Source: Nemertoderma westbladi
Taxonomy: Eukaryota; Animalia; Xenacoelomorpha
Reading direction: 5' to 3'
NCBI GenBank assembly: GCA_032718475.1
Contig: JAUCBJ010009137.1
Coordinates: 1-64,000, forward strand
Length of the DNA: 64,000 bases
Positions 35,084 to 48,321 of this stretch are shown here, piece by piece. The position numbers and the translations under genes are program-made. Positions within the stretch are counted from its first letter, which is position 1. Each line of letters starts with the position of its first letter. The notes under the pieces are model-generated. The model searched no databases. It was not told the origin of the DNA and was given only the letters and a program-made list of their open reading frames with translations.

Positions 35084-36335
35084 ATGATAGAAAAAATAAA
35101 GTATTGAGGGTCTTTAGCTGGTTATATTATATTAGATAAAGATACAATAGTAAACGTTTTCGACCTACCGGTCTGCATCAGACTATGTACTGGCAACTAA
35201 CAGGAAAAGGTGGGGGTCTATATATATATATATAAGTTTTAAAGGGGAATACCTGATAGGTGAATCCCAGAAAGGTTAACGTATATGTATGTACTGTATA
35301 ACGTAAGGTAATTGTGATAGGGAAAGTACACCGAGTTAGTTGTAAGCTGTCAATCTAAAGTACAAATATAGGGTTGCAGGTTGGGTTATAAGGTTGGGAG
35401 AAGTTGATAGGGAAATCCCAGGAGTGGTCATGTGTCTACATACAGAATGGTATAATTGGATTAGGTAGGTTACATAGGATTATGAGGTATCTACTTAAAG
35501 CGCATGGTTAGGTAGAATGCAACATAATGATAGCTGTAATTTTTACAGAGTAAGAAATCACAGGAAACAGAAAAACCAAGACAAAAACAAAAAGGAAGGT
35601 AGGGGAAAAGCACATAAAAACCCCGGAAATTCGCTATAGAGGGCACTGTAGTTGTGTAAGATATAGAATATAGGGTGTATTATATAAAACATTGGGTTTA
35701 GATTGCTGGTCTTGCTACGTTAAGTGGGGGGTTGTATGTATAGATTAGGTTAGCTTCCGTCACTAGTAGTTCGGGTATGTTTGTGAATTGTTTTATGGTT
35801 GCGGTGCGTAGATTTTCTAAACCACAACCGTATATGTGCCTAGCTAGGAGTATGTCTTCGTGTGTTTTTCCGTCATTGGCTCGTGAGGGGTAGTGTCGTA
35901 TGTTGTTGCGGTGTCCATTAAAGCGTTCGTGAAGTTTCTGTCTCGTTTGGCCTATGTAGTATAGAGTAGGGTGGCAGTGGCACCAGGCCAAGTAACATAC
36001 AGTGTGGGACTTACATGTATAGTGTCCTTTTATCTTTTCACCCCATGGTGTCTGTTGTATGTTAGTGATAGTTTTGCATGTAAGGCAGCGGCTAGAGTTA
36101 CATGGCTCATTAGTGGTGTTATTTGTGTGTGTTTGCGATTGAGTTTTATTTTTGGTTAGTATTTGTCCTAGTGATGTGGGGTTCTTCGTGACTACATTAA
36201 TGTTGATGTCAAGATCGTAGTTTTTGGAGTATCTACGTACAGTATTTTGGAATATGCCCTTCATCTGTTGGTTAGTGGATAGGTAAAATGTGGGTTTCGA
36301 GTTAGTGTCTTTAGGTCTAGGTGGGATAAATATTT
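35084..36335 (-). mobile_element. 5'-truncated Neptune-like PLE (Cys linker, GIY-YIG and 3' region with hammerhead)
   Basis: ORF 35698-36411: CNSSRCLTC...CKSHTVCYLAWC...YYIGQTRQKLHERFNGHR...E...PPLN. Confidence 0.85.
35143..35189 (-). ncRNA. Minimal type I hammerhead ribozyme (variant core CUGAUGCA)
   Basis: Minus strand reads tacatagt CTGATGCA gacc-ggta-ggtc GAAA acgt TT actattgta, giving stems I and II and a palindromic stem III (AACGUU). Confidence 0.7.
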
Positions 36336-36902
36336 CTCCATTTGACGCAACACCGCCGCGGCCGCTATGAGGGAGGTGAATACCGCGGCCGCTCCTAAAG
36401 CCGCAGGCCATCGCTAACTATATAGGTTAACTTGGGATTCTGGGGGACTTTTCGATGAAGGAACAGACCAAATTTTTTTATTTTCTCACCAGGGGAGCGG
36501 CTCGGAATTCTAAGATATTAGCAACTCTAACATTATTAAATCTAACCCTACGACGGACACGGCGGACAAAAATCCGTCATTTTTAACAGAGGAATGCATG
36601 TTTTGAATGCAAACATCTCTAAAGATAGCGAATCCGGCACTATCTAATTTCTCAGTGGCAGAGTCTCCCCGGCTGAGTTTGGTGAGAGCGTGATCCTTAA
36701 AGTGACTATCAACATTCCGAAATGGAGTCAGGAAGGGCCTGAAGCATCCAGATAAACAGGGTGGAGAGGTTTATGGAGGAGGATACATTAGTACTATGAC
36801 AGCGTGATGACGGGTTGATCTTTCTCCTTCGAAGCTCCGAGTGCGATGGGTAGAGAAGATAGATTATGGCGGATATGGCATGGTAGTATCGATAAGATAC
36901 TA

Positions 36903-37553
36903 TTATGGTGGTGCTTTCTCCTTCAACACTCTGCTTGCTCCGGTTGCGATGGGTAGAGAAAGAGTATAATGAAAGATGTGGCATGGTAGTATCAAGAAGA
37001 TACTATGATGGATGGTTCTTTCTCCTCTTTGCGACATTCCTCCTTCCTTCAGAACTACAGAGACCATGATCACAATGGTTGGAGGAAGATGATGAGGTAA
37101 GAGGAAGTTACAGCCTCCAAAAGGAGACCGCCCGCGAACACCCGCGCCCTGGGGAATACTGCATGCATTTATTCCTTTCCTTATTATGATATGTTTCTCC
37201 ACTAACTGATTCCCCTCTTCCTGTGTCCGAAACCGGTTACCCAAAAACTCTTGTAGCGAATATGTATGTCCAAGTTCAATGTCCCTTTCGAGGTCTTCAA
37301 TTTCTCGATCAAACTGAGATAAAGACAGTTCTCTCACAGCTTGTACCTGTTGATGTAATTTACGTTTGTCTAAGACATCGTCGGTTCCCTTTGCGATCTT
37401 TTGACGGATCGCCTCAAGTGCATTCCGTTCTACACATTCTTCAACTTCAGTGACAGGTTGGATTGGTACCAAACCAGGCCGATTATACGGGTTGAATGGG
37501 GAAATCATGTGCCCCCGTCCCAATCCGGCTAGGTATGTAGGGCAAATATCCAA
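36903..37553 (-). CDS. Orphan ORF (216 aa) with a coiled-coil-like N-terminal half; probably a TE remnant
   Basis: Charged helical segment LEAIRQKIAK...FDREIEDLERDIE; no recognisable family motif; non-ATG start. Confidence 0.25.
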   Translation of the reverse strand: MDICPTYLAGLGRGHMISPFNPYNRPGLVPIQPVTEVEECVERNALEAIRQKIAKGTDDVLDKRKLHQQVQAVRELSLSQFDREIEDLERDIELGHTYSLQEFLGNRFRTQEEGNQLVEKHIIIRKGINACSIPQGAGVRGRSPFGGCNFLLPHHLPPTIVIMVSVVLKEGGMSQRGERTIHHSIFLILPCHIFHYTLSLPIATGASRVLKEKAPP

Positions 37554-37884
37554 TGAACCAACAGCTAGAACGCCAGTTGTTCGGGTAAAATCAGATCTTT
37601 GAACAATGAGTATAACTCAGGAGGGTCGGTTATACTTTTAGGGTCAGGAGTTTGTGGTCGCACCGAGGGATGAGGGGGTCTGACGTATTACGGAACTCGG
37701 ATAATAGGTTTACTTAATTAATGATAATGAGGAATTCTAATAAAATAAACGTGATTATGCTCGTGTCATTCATCTTTTGTCTTTTATGGGCCATGTGACA
37801 TTCCAAGATAACATATTGTGGGAAATAAGCAAGTTTCCAAGTTTACAATGTAGCCGACTACATTATAGACATTATAGACTTATA

Positions 37885-37956
37885 AATTTGCTGACTTTCC
37901 TTACCTACATTGTTCTACATGACTAGAGGCTTTTCACCTTGGAGACCTGCTGCGGA
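37885..37956 (-). pseudogene. About 70-bp degenerate 28S rRNA fragment
   Basis: Reverse complement reads tccgcagcaggtctccaaggtgaaaagcctctag...gaacaatgtaggtaaggaaagtcagcaaatt, matching the conserved large-subunit segment CCGCAGCAGGTCTCCAAGGTGAACAGCCTCT...AACAATGTAGGTAAGGGAAGTCGGCAA. Confidence 0.85.
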
Positions 37957-38264
37957 AACGTTTATAAATAATATATAATAAGGTGTTTAACAAAAATGAA
38001 ATATTGTGGAATGACTTTTCTAAGATATGAACCAGCGCAGCCAAAATGCCTTATGATTATTACATACCCTAATTTTGCTACAGTTATTACATTATCAGCT
38101 CAACTCCAATTTATTTATTTAATAACAGAATAACACCCCGGGTATGTGTAATTCCCACCGCTTCACTTTAACAAAGGCCTACTAGAATCATGTAGGACCT
38201 CTGTTAGAGATATGAGATATACTTTATATATTACTATACTATATATTACTTAAATAATATTAAT

Positions 38265-41200
38265 TAGGAACCGAAGGTTACTTTCTGTAAGAATTTGATG
38301 TAATAGTAGTAATAGTAATAGTAATATTTTGGAGCGAAATAACATAAAAACGGCTCTAACGATTTCGTTAAAATTTTGTATGACGCATTTTTTTGATGAT
38401 CACTATCGATTCCCGCTGGTCCCATGTCTGTCCATAGAATGTTGGTTCGAAAAATAGACATAAACGAAAAAACGCCATAGGTGCAATGATAAAACACCAG
38501 CTGGAGCACATGAAAAATGTATAGAGAGGGCCTAGTGATTCTATTCAATAGAGAAAGGGCCAACTAACAAGGATGTACTTTCTGGGCCAAGTTTTTATTT
38601 AATCACTCACTCTTTCAACCCAGACTATAAGCAAACATTAACTTGGTTAGTTTGTAATCTATTATCCCATCAGCTGAATAACTCTCCCCAGTGCTTTCTA
38701 AGGGAATATCTACAAGGTGACTGACTCACTGCGTGCGCTATGTTAGGTGGTGGGTCAGTGGGGAATGAATTTTAGTTACACACATAGGATGCTTCTGATG
38801 AGTGTTGGTTACTAATGGTACTATACTCAGCTAATAATAATAATTGATGTATTTAAAAATCCGAGAGGGAGGGAGGTGAGTTAATGACTTGCTTGGCAAA
38901 CATTAATTATATTACTCTGTCAAATTAGGAACCGAAGGTTACTTTCTGTAAGAATTTGATGTAATAGTAGTAATAGTAATAGTAATATTTTGGAGCGAAA
39001 TAACATAAAAACGGCTCTGAACCGAAGGTTACTTTCTGTAAGAATTTGATGTAATAGTAGTAATAGTAATAGTAATATTTTGGAGCGAAATAACATAAAA
39101 ACGGCTCTAACGATTTCGTTAAAATTTTGTATGACGCATTTTTTTGATGATCACTATCGATTCCCGCTGGTCCCATGTCTGTCCATAGAATGTTGGTTCG
39201 AAAAATAGACATAAACGAAAAAACGCCATAGGTGCAATGATAAAACACCAGCTGGAGCACATGAAAAATGTATAGAGAGGGCCTAGTGATTCTATTCAAT
39301 AGAGAAAGGGCCAACTAACAAGGATGTACTTTCTGGGCCAAGTTTTTATTTAATCACTCACTCTTTCAAGCAAACATTAACTTGGTTAGTTTGTAATCTA
39401 TTATCCCATCAGCTGAATAACTCTCCCCAGTGCTTTCTAAGGGAATATCTACAAGGTGACTGACTCACTGCGTGCGCTATGTTAGGTGGTGGGTCAGTGG
39501 GGAATGAATTTTAGTTACACACATAGGATGCTTCTGATGAGTGTTGGTTACTAATGGTACTATACTCAGCTAATAATAATAATTGATGTATTTAAAAATC
39601 CGAGAGGGAGGGAGGTGAGTTAATGACTTGCTTGGCAAACATTAATTATATTACTCTGTCAAACCAGAGGGAAAACAGAGTGGAATCTACCTGTCTCTGT
39701 ATAACATTTTACCCAGCTGATAGCTCCTTTAATCCAACACAAACTGTTGTTAGGAACCGAGAGGTTCATTACTGTAAGAATTGTTGGCTGATTGACTGGC
39801 TGACTGGCTGGCTAATCTATAGCCAAAACTACTCTAACGATTTTGATGAAATTTTCACAGCGGCTGGCTGACCGGATTCTAAGGTCCCTGGTATGTTCCG
39901 CTATTTCGTCCATGAGCCGTGGGCTCGAAAAATAGACATAAACGAAAAAACGCCATAGGCGCAATGGTAAAATATCACCAATAACAGCTGGTGTCGTGAT
40001 GAAAAATGGCTTACGTAATGGATTTCTACACAAGGCTTAGTATAAATCGATGAGGTTGCCAAGATTATTCACTTAGTACACCAATACTGTTTGTTTAGGC
40101 CCTAGGACACTCTGTCAAAGCAAATATTAACTGGTTGGTTTAGTTTGAAATCTATTATTGCCTCAGCTGAATTACTCTTCCCAATGCGCACTCTATGGGA
40201 ATATCTCCCTCTGCTAATGTAAGCTGAATGACTTAAGTACACAGTGAGTTGACTACATTAATGTCAACATTATTGCAAAATGTTTTATTGTTGGACTCTC
40301 TGTCAGTCTCCCCTTCAGAACATTGTATAGGGAATATACTTTAGTTTACTCTACTGTGCCATTCAGCTGAATGGATTTGAGCGATTGCCAAGTTACAGAG
40401 TTGGATAATTCTCTGACCATAGGCAAAGACATCAAATCTTTTTTTAAATATACTTTTTCCATGTTTTTTTTTCTGACCAAAAATTTCAAAAAAAATTTTT
40501 CGTAGCCAGTACTGCCAATCGATTCGCCATCAAAAATAACGCAAAAAATTTTTTTTGCAAAATTTTAAATTACTGTAAATTTTTGGCGACTGGGGGGGGT
40601 CAATTTTTTTTGATCCGCTATAACTCCGGAACGCTTTGTCCAAATTCGATGGGGTTTTCATTTTTCAACTTAATTCGATGTCCTCTTTCAGCCTATCCAT
40701 GTTTCGAAAACCCAAACAGCGCCGTTCAAAAATTAATTTTTTCTAGTTCTAGAATTTTACAAATTTCAAAAAAGTTGCAGTATTTTATTAACGCCTTTAC
40801 GGAATTCGATAGCGTTTTCGATTTTTATATTAAACGCAATATCCTGAATCTCACTAGCCTAGTTTCGCGTCACCAATGCCAAGACTTCATACTTTTTGAG
40901 GAAAATTTTTCTAGAATAATTTTTATTTAATTACATTTATCGCGATTTCTTATTACTGGTTGCACATGAATTGATGGAGTTTTCGATTTATTAACTAAAC
41001 ACGATATCGCGCATCGCACCAGCGTGGTTTCGAAATTCCAAAACGAGGTCTTCACTTGTTGCAGGTCGATTTTGTTCTAGAATTGAGCAACTAATAATAG
41101 ATCGAATTTATTAATAATTATTGTATGAAATATGATTGTATTTTTACATAATTATTAGTTCTATACTAATTCTCGTTGTCTCTTTTATTTAAAATAAAAA

Positions 41201-41985
41201 GTCGGTTCCTTATCGGGCCGCTAGGCCCGTCACTAGTTAGGAACCGAAGGTTACTTTCTGTAAGAATTTGATGTAAGTAATTGTAGTAATAATAGTAATA
41301 TTTTGAAGCGAAATAACATAAAAACGGCTCTAACGATTTCGTTAAAATTTTGCATGACGCATTTTTTTGATGATCACTATCGATTCCCGCTGGTCCCATG
41401 TCTGTCCATAGAATGTTGGTTCGAAAAATAGACATAAACGAAAAAACACCATAGGCGCAATGATAAAACACCAGCTGGAGCACATGAAAAATGTATAGAG
41501 AGGGCCTAGTGATTCTATTCAATAGAGAAAGGGCCAACTAACAATGATGTACTTTCTGTGCCAAGTTTTTATTTAATCACTCACTCTTTCAACCCAGACT
41601 ATAAGCAAACATTAACTTGGTTAGTTTGTAATCTATTATCCCATCAGCTGAATAACTCTCCCCAGTGCTTTCTAAGGGAATATCTACAAGGTGACTGACT
41701 CACTGCGTGCGCTATGTTAGGTGGTGGGTCAGTGGGGAATGAATTTTAGTTACACACATAGGATGCTTCTGATGAGTGTTGGTTACTAATGGTACTATAC
41801 TCAGCTAATAATAATAATTGATGTATTTAAAAATCCGAGAGGGAGGGAGGTGAGTTAATGACTTGCTTGGCAAACATTAATTATATTACTCTGTCAAACC
41901 AGAGGGAACACAGAGTGGAATCTACCTGTCTCTGTATAACATTTTACCCAGCTGATAGCTCCTTTAATCCAACACAAACTGTTGC
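38265..41985 (+). mobile_element. Tandem array of Helentron/DINE-1-type non-autonomous elements
   Basis: Units start ttaggaaccga near 38265, 38926, 39750 and 41237, followed by a microsatellite and ctctaacgattt. The unit at 39750-41236 ends with inverted subTIR tcggttcct, hairpin cgggcc-gcta-ggcccg and ctagtt. Confidence 0.7.
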
Positions 41986-44900
41986 CCTGGATTCAATGAA
42001 TGCGAATGTTATTACAGTAGGTTCCTGGGAAAAGCTGGCCACCTGAATGACTATTTAGTTATAGAGTGTACACGTGTGAGGCCTTCGTGCAGCAGAAGCT
42101 GCAACGGCAAGCCATCTCAGCGAAGAATTATAATTATACTATGGCTAGTTATATATTCTGATATTGGCTATCCGACAAACTAACTCGCCATATATGTACT
42201 GTTAACTGTAGGGTACTATTAATAAACTATACTAATAGTGGCAATGTTAAATTAAAATCAGAGTTTGGAGGTTTAATTATGTTTTTGCAACATTAATAAT
42301 ATGAGTGGTGTTTGGTATCAGATATAATTTTGATGTAGACAAGAGATGGTGTCCTAACTGCTTTAATAATTATTAGGACCAGATTATGAGATAATACAAT
42401 TGTTTGCTAACTAACTTTGTTCACTACCTTGGTGCAATTTTTTATTCTAAATGCTGAACATGTGCAAATTACAATATTAGTATAGGTAGTGCTGGCTGAT
42501 ACTGGGTGCTCATATTTGCAACCATTTGTAACAAATTGTAACCAGGGACATCAATTCGTGACAATGTGCTCATATTTTTAACCAAACACATTGATTCATA
42601 ATGCGGAAATACAGATTTGTAACCAGGTATTCAAATTCGTAATTGGAAATTCAAATTCGTAACCAGGCACTCAGATTCGAAACTGGTTTAGAGTTGATAT
42701 CCTGAAAAAAAAAGTTTGCGGCTTATGGCCTGTAAAAATATTAGTTTCGGTTTGGTTTAACTTCGGTTCCTTCACGGCGTCTTGACGCCGTCATTAATTT
42801 CATACAGTTCCATTATCAGGTCAACTCAAATTAAGAAAAAAATTAGTTTTTGAAATTAAAATTTACTGTTGTAAATGCTGCAAAAGCACCTTTAACCATA
42901 GCCTAAGGAAATGTAATTACTAAAAGGGAAACTTAGGCCTACACATGATTGTGCTACTGGTGACTAATGAATGCTTATAATAATTATAATTGCAACATAT
43001 TTAAGACAATCAATGTATTATCATAAAACATTGTCTTCGAGTTAGCACATTACGATTTTTACTGTCGCGAAATATTCAAAACTAACACACTATCCAATAT
43101 GTTGTAGATCATATCAGACGGCAAATAAACTCAACCAATGTATTTTATTAACAATGCAATGTCGTTGAGTTAGCAGTTTAGCAGTCGCAAAATATTCAAA
43201 TAAAACACAAATTCCAATAGGATATCTTGTAATGAATTATATTGTATGCAAAGACAATTTAAATATAAATTACAGTATATCACACCAACAAAACTACGAC
43301 ATTTATATTAGAGAACAAAATCGTGTCCACATCACCCTGCAGAACAAAGTGGGTGTAAACTCCACGCCGACTGCCGACGACCTATCCCTGGAACCGTATT
43401 TAAGCTAAATAATTTTAACTATAACATGTGATCTCGCTCTACTGATAGTTTTTGTTTTATTTAGATAATTAGCAAAATCATACACCGCAACTGTAACCTG
43501 ACCCTTTCCATCAATTAACAATGTTGGTATCAGTAGGCCTACAGCGTTATTTACACCCAGCAGAATAATATATGGCTAGAGTTTAGGCCTACACCTTTGA
43601 TAACTTGCGTAATAGAATTACCAAATTATTCTACTAATTCAGTAATAGGACTTTTGAGATATAGTATGATCGTCGCGGCCTCAGGGATCTCTACCGTATG
43701 CCGCGGACCATTCCTCATTTTCTCGCACACCCCCCACCAAACAAATAATAATACTGTACTACACCATGTCCTGGAATATAGTGTCGTTATTGAGGTACCT
43801 GGACCAACCCCCCCCCCCCCCCCCCCACCCCCAAAAAAAAATTTTTTTTCTTGAAATCTTAATGAGATTGCATGCAATTTGAAACATGGATAGATCACCT
43901 CCCTCCTCCTTGCTGGGTGAGCCCGAAATTTATTTTTGCTTTCATTCTTTAGCTACAAGCGTTTGAAAAAGGTGTCTCTGTCGGTATTGCGCCAGTTACA
44001 CGGCAGTTATTCTTTAAGCTTATAGCGAGTTGTTGATATTGACGGAAAGATGACCATGCAAGGATTCCAAATATGTATCATAATCTGAATTTCGTCGTAA
44101 AACAGCAGAGATAGGGCATTCTAAAGTTGCATGGTTTTACAGATGCTAAATCATGCAATATTTGAGATATTCTCATATCTATTATATATATATATATGGA
44201 CACAAAACGTAGCAAGGACGCCATTCTCACTAAAAAGGGACTGGCGTCCTTGCTACCTATGCAGAATATGAAACTGTCGGTTCAGCTACCATGAGTGGCA
44301 CCCTTGCTACTTAGGTAGCAATGGTGACAAAGTGGCTACAATGCTACCATAATCTGACAAGCTAGTTGATAAGCCCATTTAGCGTGATACAATAACGCAA
44401 AACAATTAAATTTCGATATGGTTATACAAGCTGGATAATAAAGCTAATTAGTAATCATATAATCGAGTAATTAAGTAACTAACTAACAGGTATACAAGCC
44501 CAAATGTTGCGTAGCTTTTTTTGACGGTTTGTATTCTGGCAATTTGAATTATTACATGAAAACAACTAAAACAAGCTACTTGCGTACGGAATTTTGTGCA
44601 AAATTTTCCAAAAATATTGTTTCTGATTAATTTAAAACAAGCTTGTCCCTTAAATTACTAGGAATATTACAAATAGCTGCAAAGTATTTATTCCAAATCT
44701 ATGAGCTGTATTGTAAGAAGTAGTGCTTGAAGAAACTGACCTTTTAATTAACATTTTTATTTCATGTAGAGTAATCTAGAAATAAATTCAAGTGGAAGTT
44801 GTTTTAAAATCCAAGTGAAACGAGGATTTCATAGTGAAGAGTGCAATAATATCGTCGGTGCTGTGATATGGAAAATCAACTAAGGTGCAAAAATATAATT

Positions 44901-45009
44901 TCGAGATAATCACATTTTTGTGTTTAATTTTTGCAAAAATTGCAGCATGAAGATGATATTTCAGAAAATAATTCTTTTTTCATACACTAATTCTTTTTTC
45001 ATTGCACTA

Positions 45010-45790
45010 CTTACACCATTATACACTAGTTACACCATGTTACACTAGTTACACCATGTTACACTAGATACACCATTTTACACTAGTTACACCATTTTAC
45101 ACTAGTTACACCATTTTACACTGGTTACACCATTTTACACTAGTTACACCATGTTGCACTAGTTTCACCATGTTTCTCTAGTTACACCATTTTACACTAG
45201 TTACAACATGTTACACTAGTTACACCATGTTACACTAGTTACACCATTTTACACTAGTTACACCATTTTACACTGGTTACACAATTTTACACTAGTTTCA
45301 CCATGTTGCACTAGTTTCACCATGTTTCTCTAGTTACACCATGTTTCTTTAGTTACACCATGTTTCTCTAGTTACACCATGTTTCTCTAGTTACACCATG
45401 TTTCTCTAGTTACACCATGTTTCTCAAGTTACATAATGTTTCTCTAGTTACACCATGTTTCTGTAGTTACACCATGTTTCTCTAGTTACACCATGTTTCT
45501 CTAGTTACACCATGTTTCTCTAGTTACACCATGTTTCTCTAGTTACACCATGTTTCTCTAGTTACACCATGTTTCTCTAGTTACACCATGTTTCTCTAGT
45601 TACACCATGTTTCTCTAGTTACACCATGTTTCTCTAGTTACACCATGTTTCTCTAGTTACACCATGTTTCTCTAGTTACACCATGTTTCTCTAGTTACAC
45701 CATGTTTCTCTAGTTACACCATGTTTCTTTAGTTACACCATGTTTTTCTAGTTACACCATGTTTCTCTAGTTACGCACCATGTTACAAAC
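45010..45790. repeat. 20-bp minisatellite (ctagttacaccatgtttct variants)
   Basis: Direct tandem array grading from acactagttacaccatttt to tctctagttacaccatgtt units. Confidence 0.95.
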
Positions 45791-48321
45791 TAGCCACAAA
45801 CCCAGGCATTCAGCCACCAACAAACAAACTAATAATAGCTACAGGAACACGAGCTAAATGCTACAATGGAATTGTAGCAGCCAGTATGATGTTTTATAAT
45901 GAATTTCAATACAAACTGAAAGTTTAGCCAACCATTTATTCTCCGGACTACAGCCGGAATATAGGCCTACACTGGCAAACTATGTTAAGTCATCGCTTTG
46001 GCTTTTTTGCCATACCAAGTTTGGGCTTTCTTAGCAAAAAATACACTTGTACAGTAACATGACAGAAGCGATTGGCGTTTTTACCACAACTCCTACTCTT
46101 AATTTGCAATTCTCACTTTGGCTAAGACACATCTCTTTTCTGAAGCAGTGGATGTGAGTATCACTTTGGCGTTTATATCACACCTCACTAAGGTACTCTA
46201 GTACAAATTTCAGTTAAAACCTCATTTTAGCCAAAATGGCACTTTGGCTGTTCGCCATATCACCGACGATATAAACACTAAACAGGTAGATTACACAGTG
46301 TGTAGTTTCATTGTCGAATTTTTAAATTAATTTACTTTTACTTCATTTAAGTAATAAAAATTTTAACTTTACTTAGCACGGTTAGTGTTAACAATGAATT
46401 GTTGTTGTTATATAGCACTACTTGTACAGTAGCACAAGAGTAGCACTGGCCTAATATAATATATTTGTAAATTCAAGAGAGACGATACATTGCTAGGGAG
46501 CTTTACAATGAAACTGAACCTAAACCTGAATCTTCTTTACATGGCTTTACCATTTGGTTACCTCGCTAAGTAACTCATGTAGTTTCTGACTAATTATACC
46601 TAGTTGTTATATGTAGGCCTACTGTACTTTACCACTATCGATCTCTGGATCACTTGGAAAAGGACTAAGTAAAGTGCTACTTTATAATACAGGTATAATG
46701 AAAACAGTCAATTAATATCGGTTCTCATAAAAATATCTATGTATTAATTAATAATTACATTAATTTAGGATTAATTTGTGTCAAAGAGAGAGTGAAATCT
46801 CATGAAAATGGACCGTATTTACTATTGCGGGTTGCGTGGCATATTCAAAATGATGTAGTATTTGGTTTGGTACTGCATTTTTTTTTCCAATTCAAGGTTC
46901 TGTTTTCAGCTACAATATCTAAGAGGAGCATCTGTAAATCTGCAAGAGCCCAGCAAGGATTGCCATAGAGCCGCAAAATTACTAGTTGTAATTTCCTCCA
47001 CAGCTGCACGGAAAAGCTGCAATTTAAAGAGCTTTAAGGATGCTTTCATTTTGCGGATGCGGGGGTCATCTGCCGAACATCTTTCTCATCCATGAGCACA
47101 GATAAAAGAAATAATTGCTGTAATATTGATGTTGAAACATTGAATTAGACAGATAGGCGGACATCGCACAAGGATTTTATGCTTACTAAACGTTATAGAA
47201 GAGTGACTTACATCATAGTCCCATATGCTAAATATAATTTGAAAATAAGGTAGCACTTTGTGACGGTTTGTATTGTAAACATATATATAAATTATACATA
47301 TAGTGAGACACAAAATGTAACATAGGGGTCAGCTATTCATACAAGCCGTACTATTCTGACAAAAATTTACAGAAATTGGGCATCCTGAAAATTTAAAAAC
47401 AAGCGCATCTCTTAGAAGACATATTAAGTTGTACGGATATTAAGTTTTGTTAATTTACTATGTATTTAAATGGTAAAATAATTAAAAAAATGTAATTTCT
47501 AAAATTATCGAAAAATGACTTACACTTTTATTTTAAAAGATAATTTAAGTGGATTTATATGTTTAATATATGGAAGAATCAATGCTAAAAATTATTTATC
47601 AATGCAGATAGCGGTTCTTGTTATTAAATTTTGCATATGTAGATTCAAAATACAAAGGTAGCAGTACCGTCATTATTTAACAAATATTAATTGATTTATT
47701 CGAAATCTAACAATTTATTATCACAACTTTTTTATAGAAATAGTATTATTTTTCCCCGTGGAAACATATTAACCATAAAAATGTAACAGAAGCTATTATT
47801 CTGAAACATTAATATTTTATAATTTTTCCAGAAGTAAATTTTCAGATTATGTATTTAATAGGTATTTCTTTCAGTTTCATGATAATTTCCTAAATTGTTG
47901 TTTATTAATTTAAAGCATAAAACGTTTTACATCTCTAACTGCTATTAGAAAATCAACGCTACTTTCTATTAAATTATTCAAGTCATATTCAAATTATTTA
48001 TTTACTCAAACAGCCAATTTATTATTGAAGTATGAAAATCTGGGGATATGGCAATGGTGTATAGAAGGTAATTGCTTTCCTTGATATCGTAAAGTACGGA
48101 ACGCCAGTAGTAGCTATCCAGTTTACCCATAATAAAAAAAGGTAAGACAAACTGAAAGAAAGAAGAGCTACATCGAGATGAATTAAATTTACTGATAGCC
48201 ATACCCTGAAGGCTTACACTAACGCATGACTCGCCCCTTATGCTTCTGTGTCTGGCACAATTTACCATTGCACATTATACTGATGCCTGGCATGTATTTG
48301 ATTCACCTGAATCAACAAAAC

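Noticed and set aside
38264-41537. Three similar minus-strand ORFs (MALSLLNR...)
   Set aside because: They arise from the repeated non-autonomous element, have non-ATG starts, and include microsatellite-derived poly-Tyr.
46862-47100. Possible exon or Crypton-like recombinase remnant (minus frame ...SMAILAGLLQIY)
   Set aside because: Multiple stops and no complete catalytic motif; too weak to call without a search.
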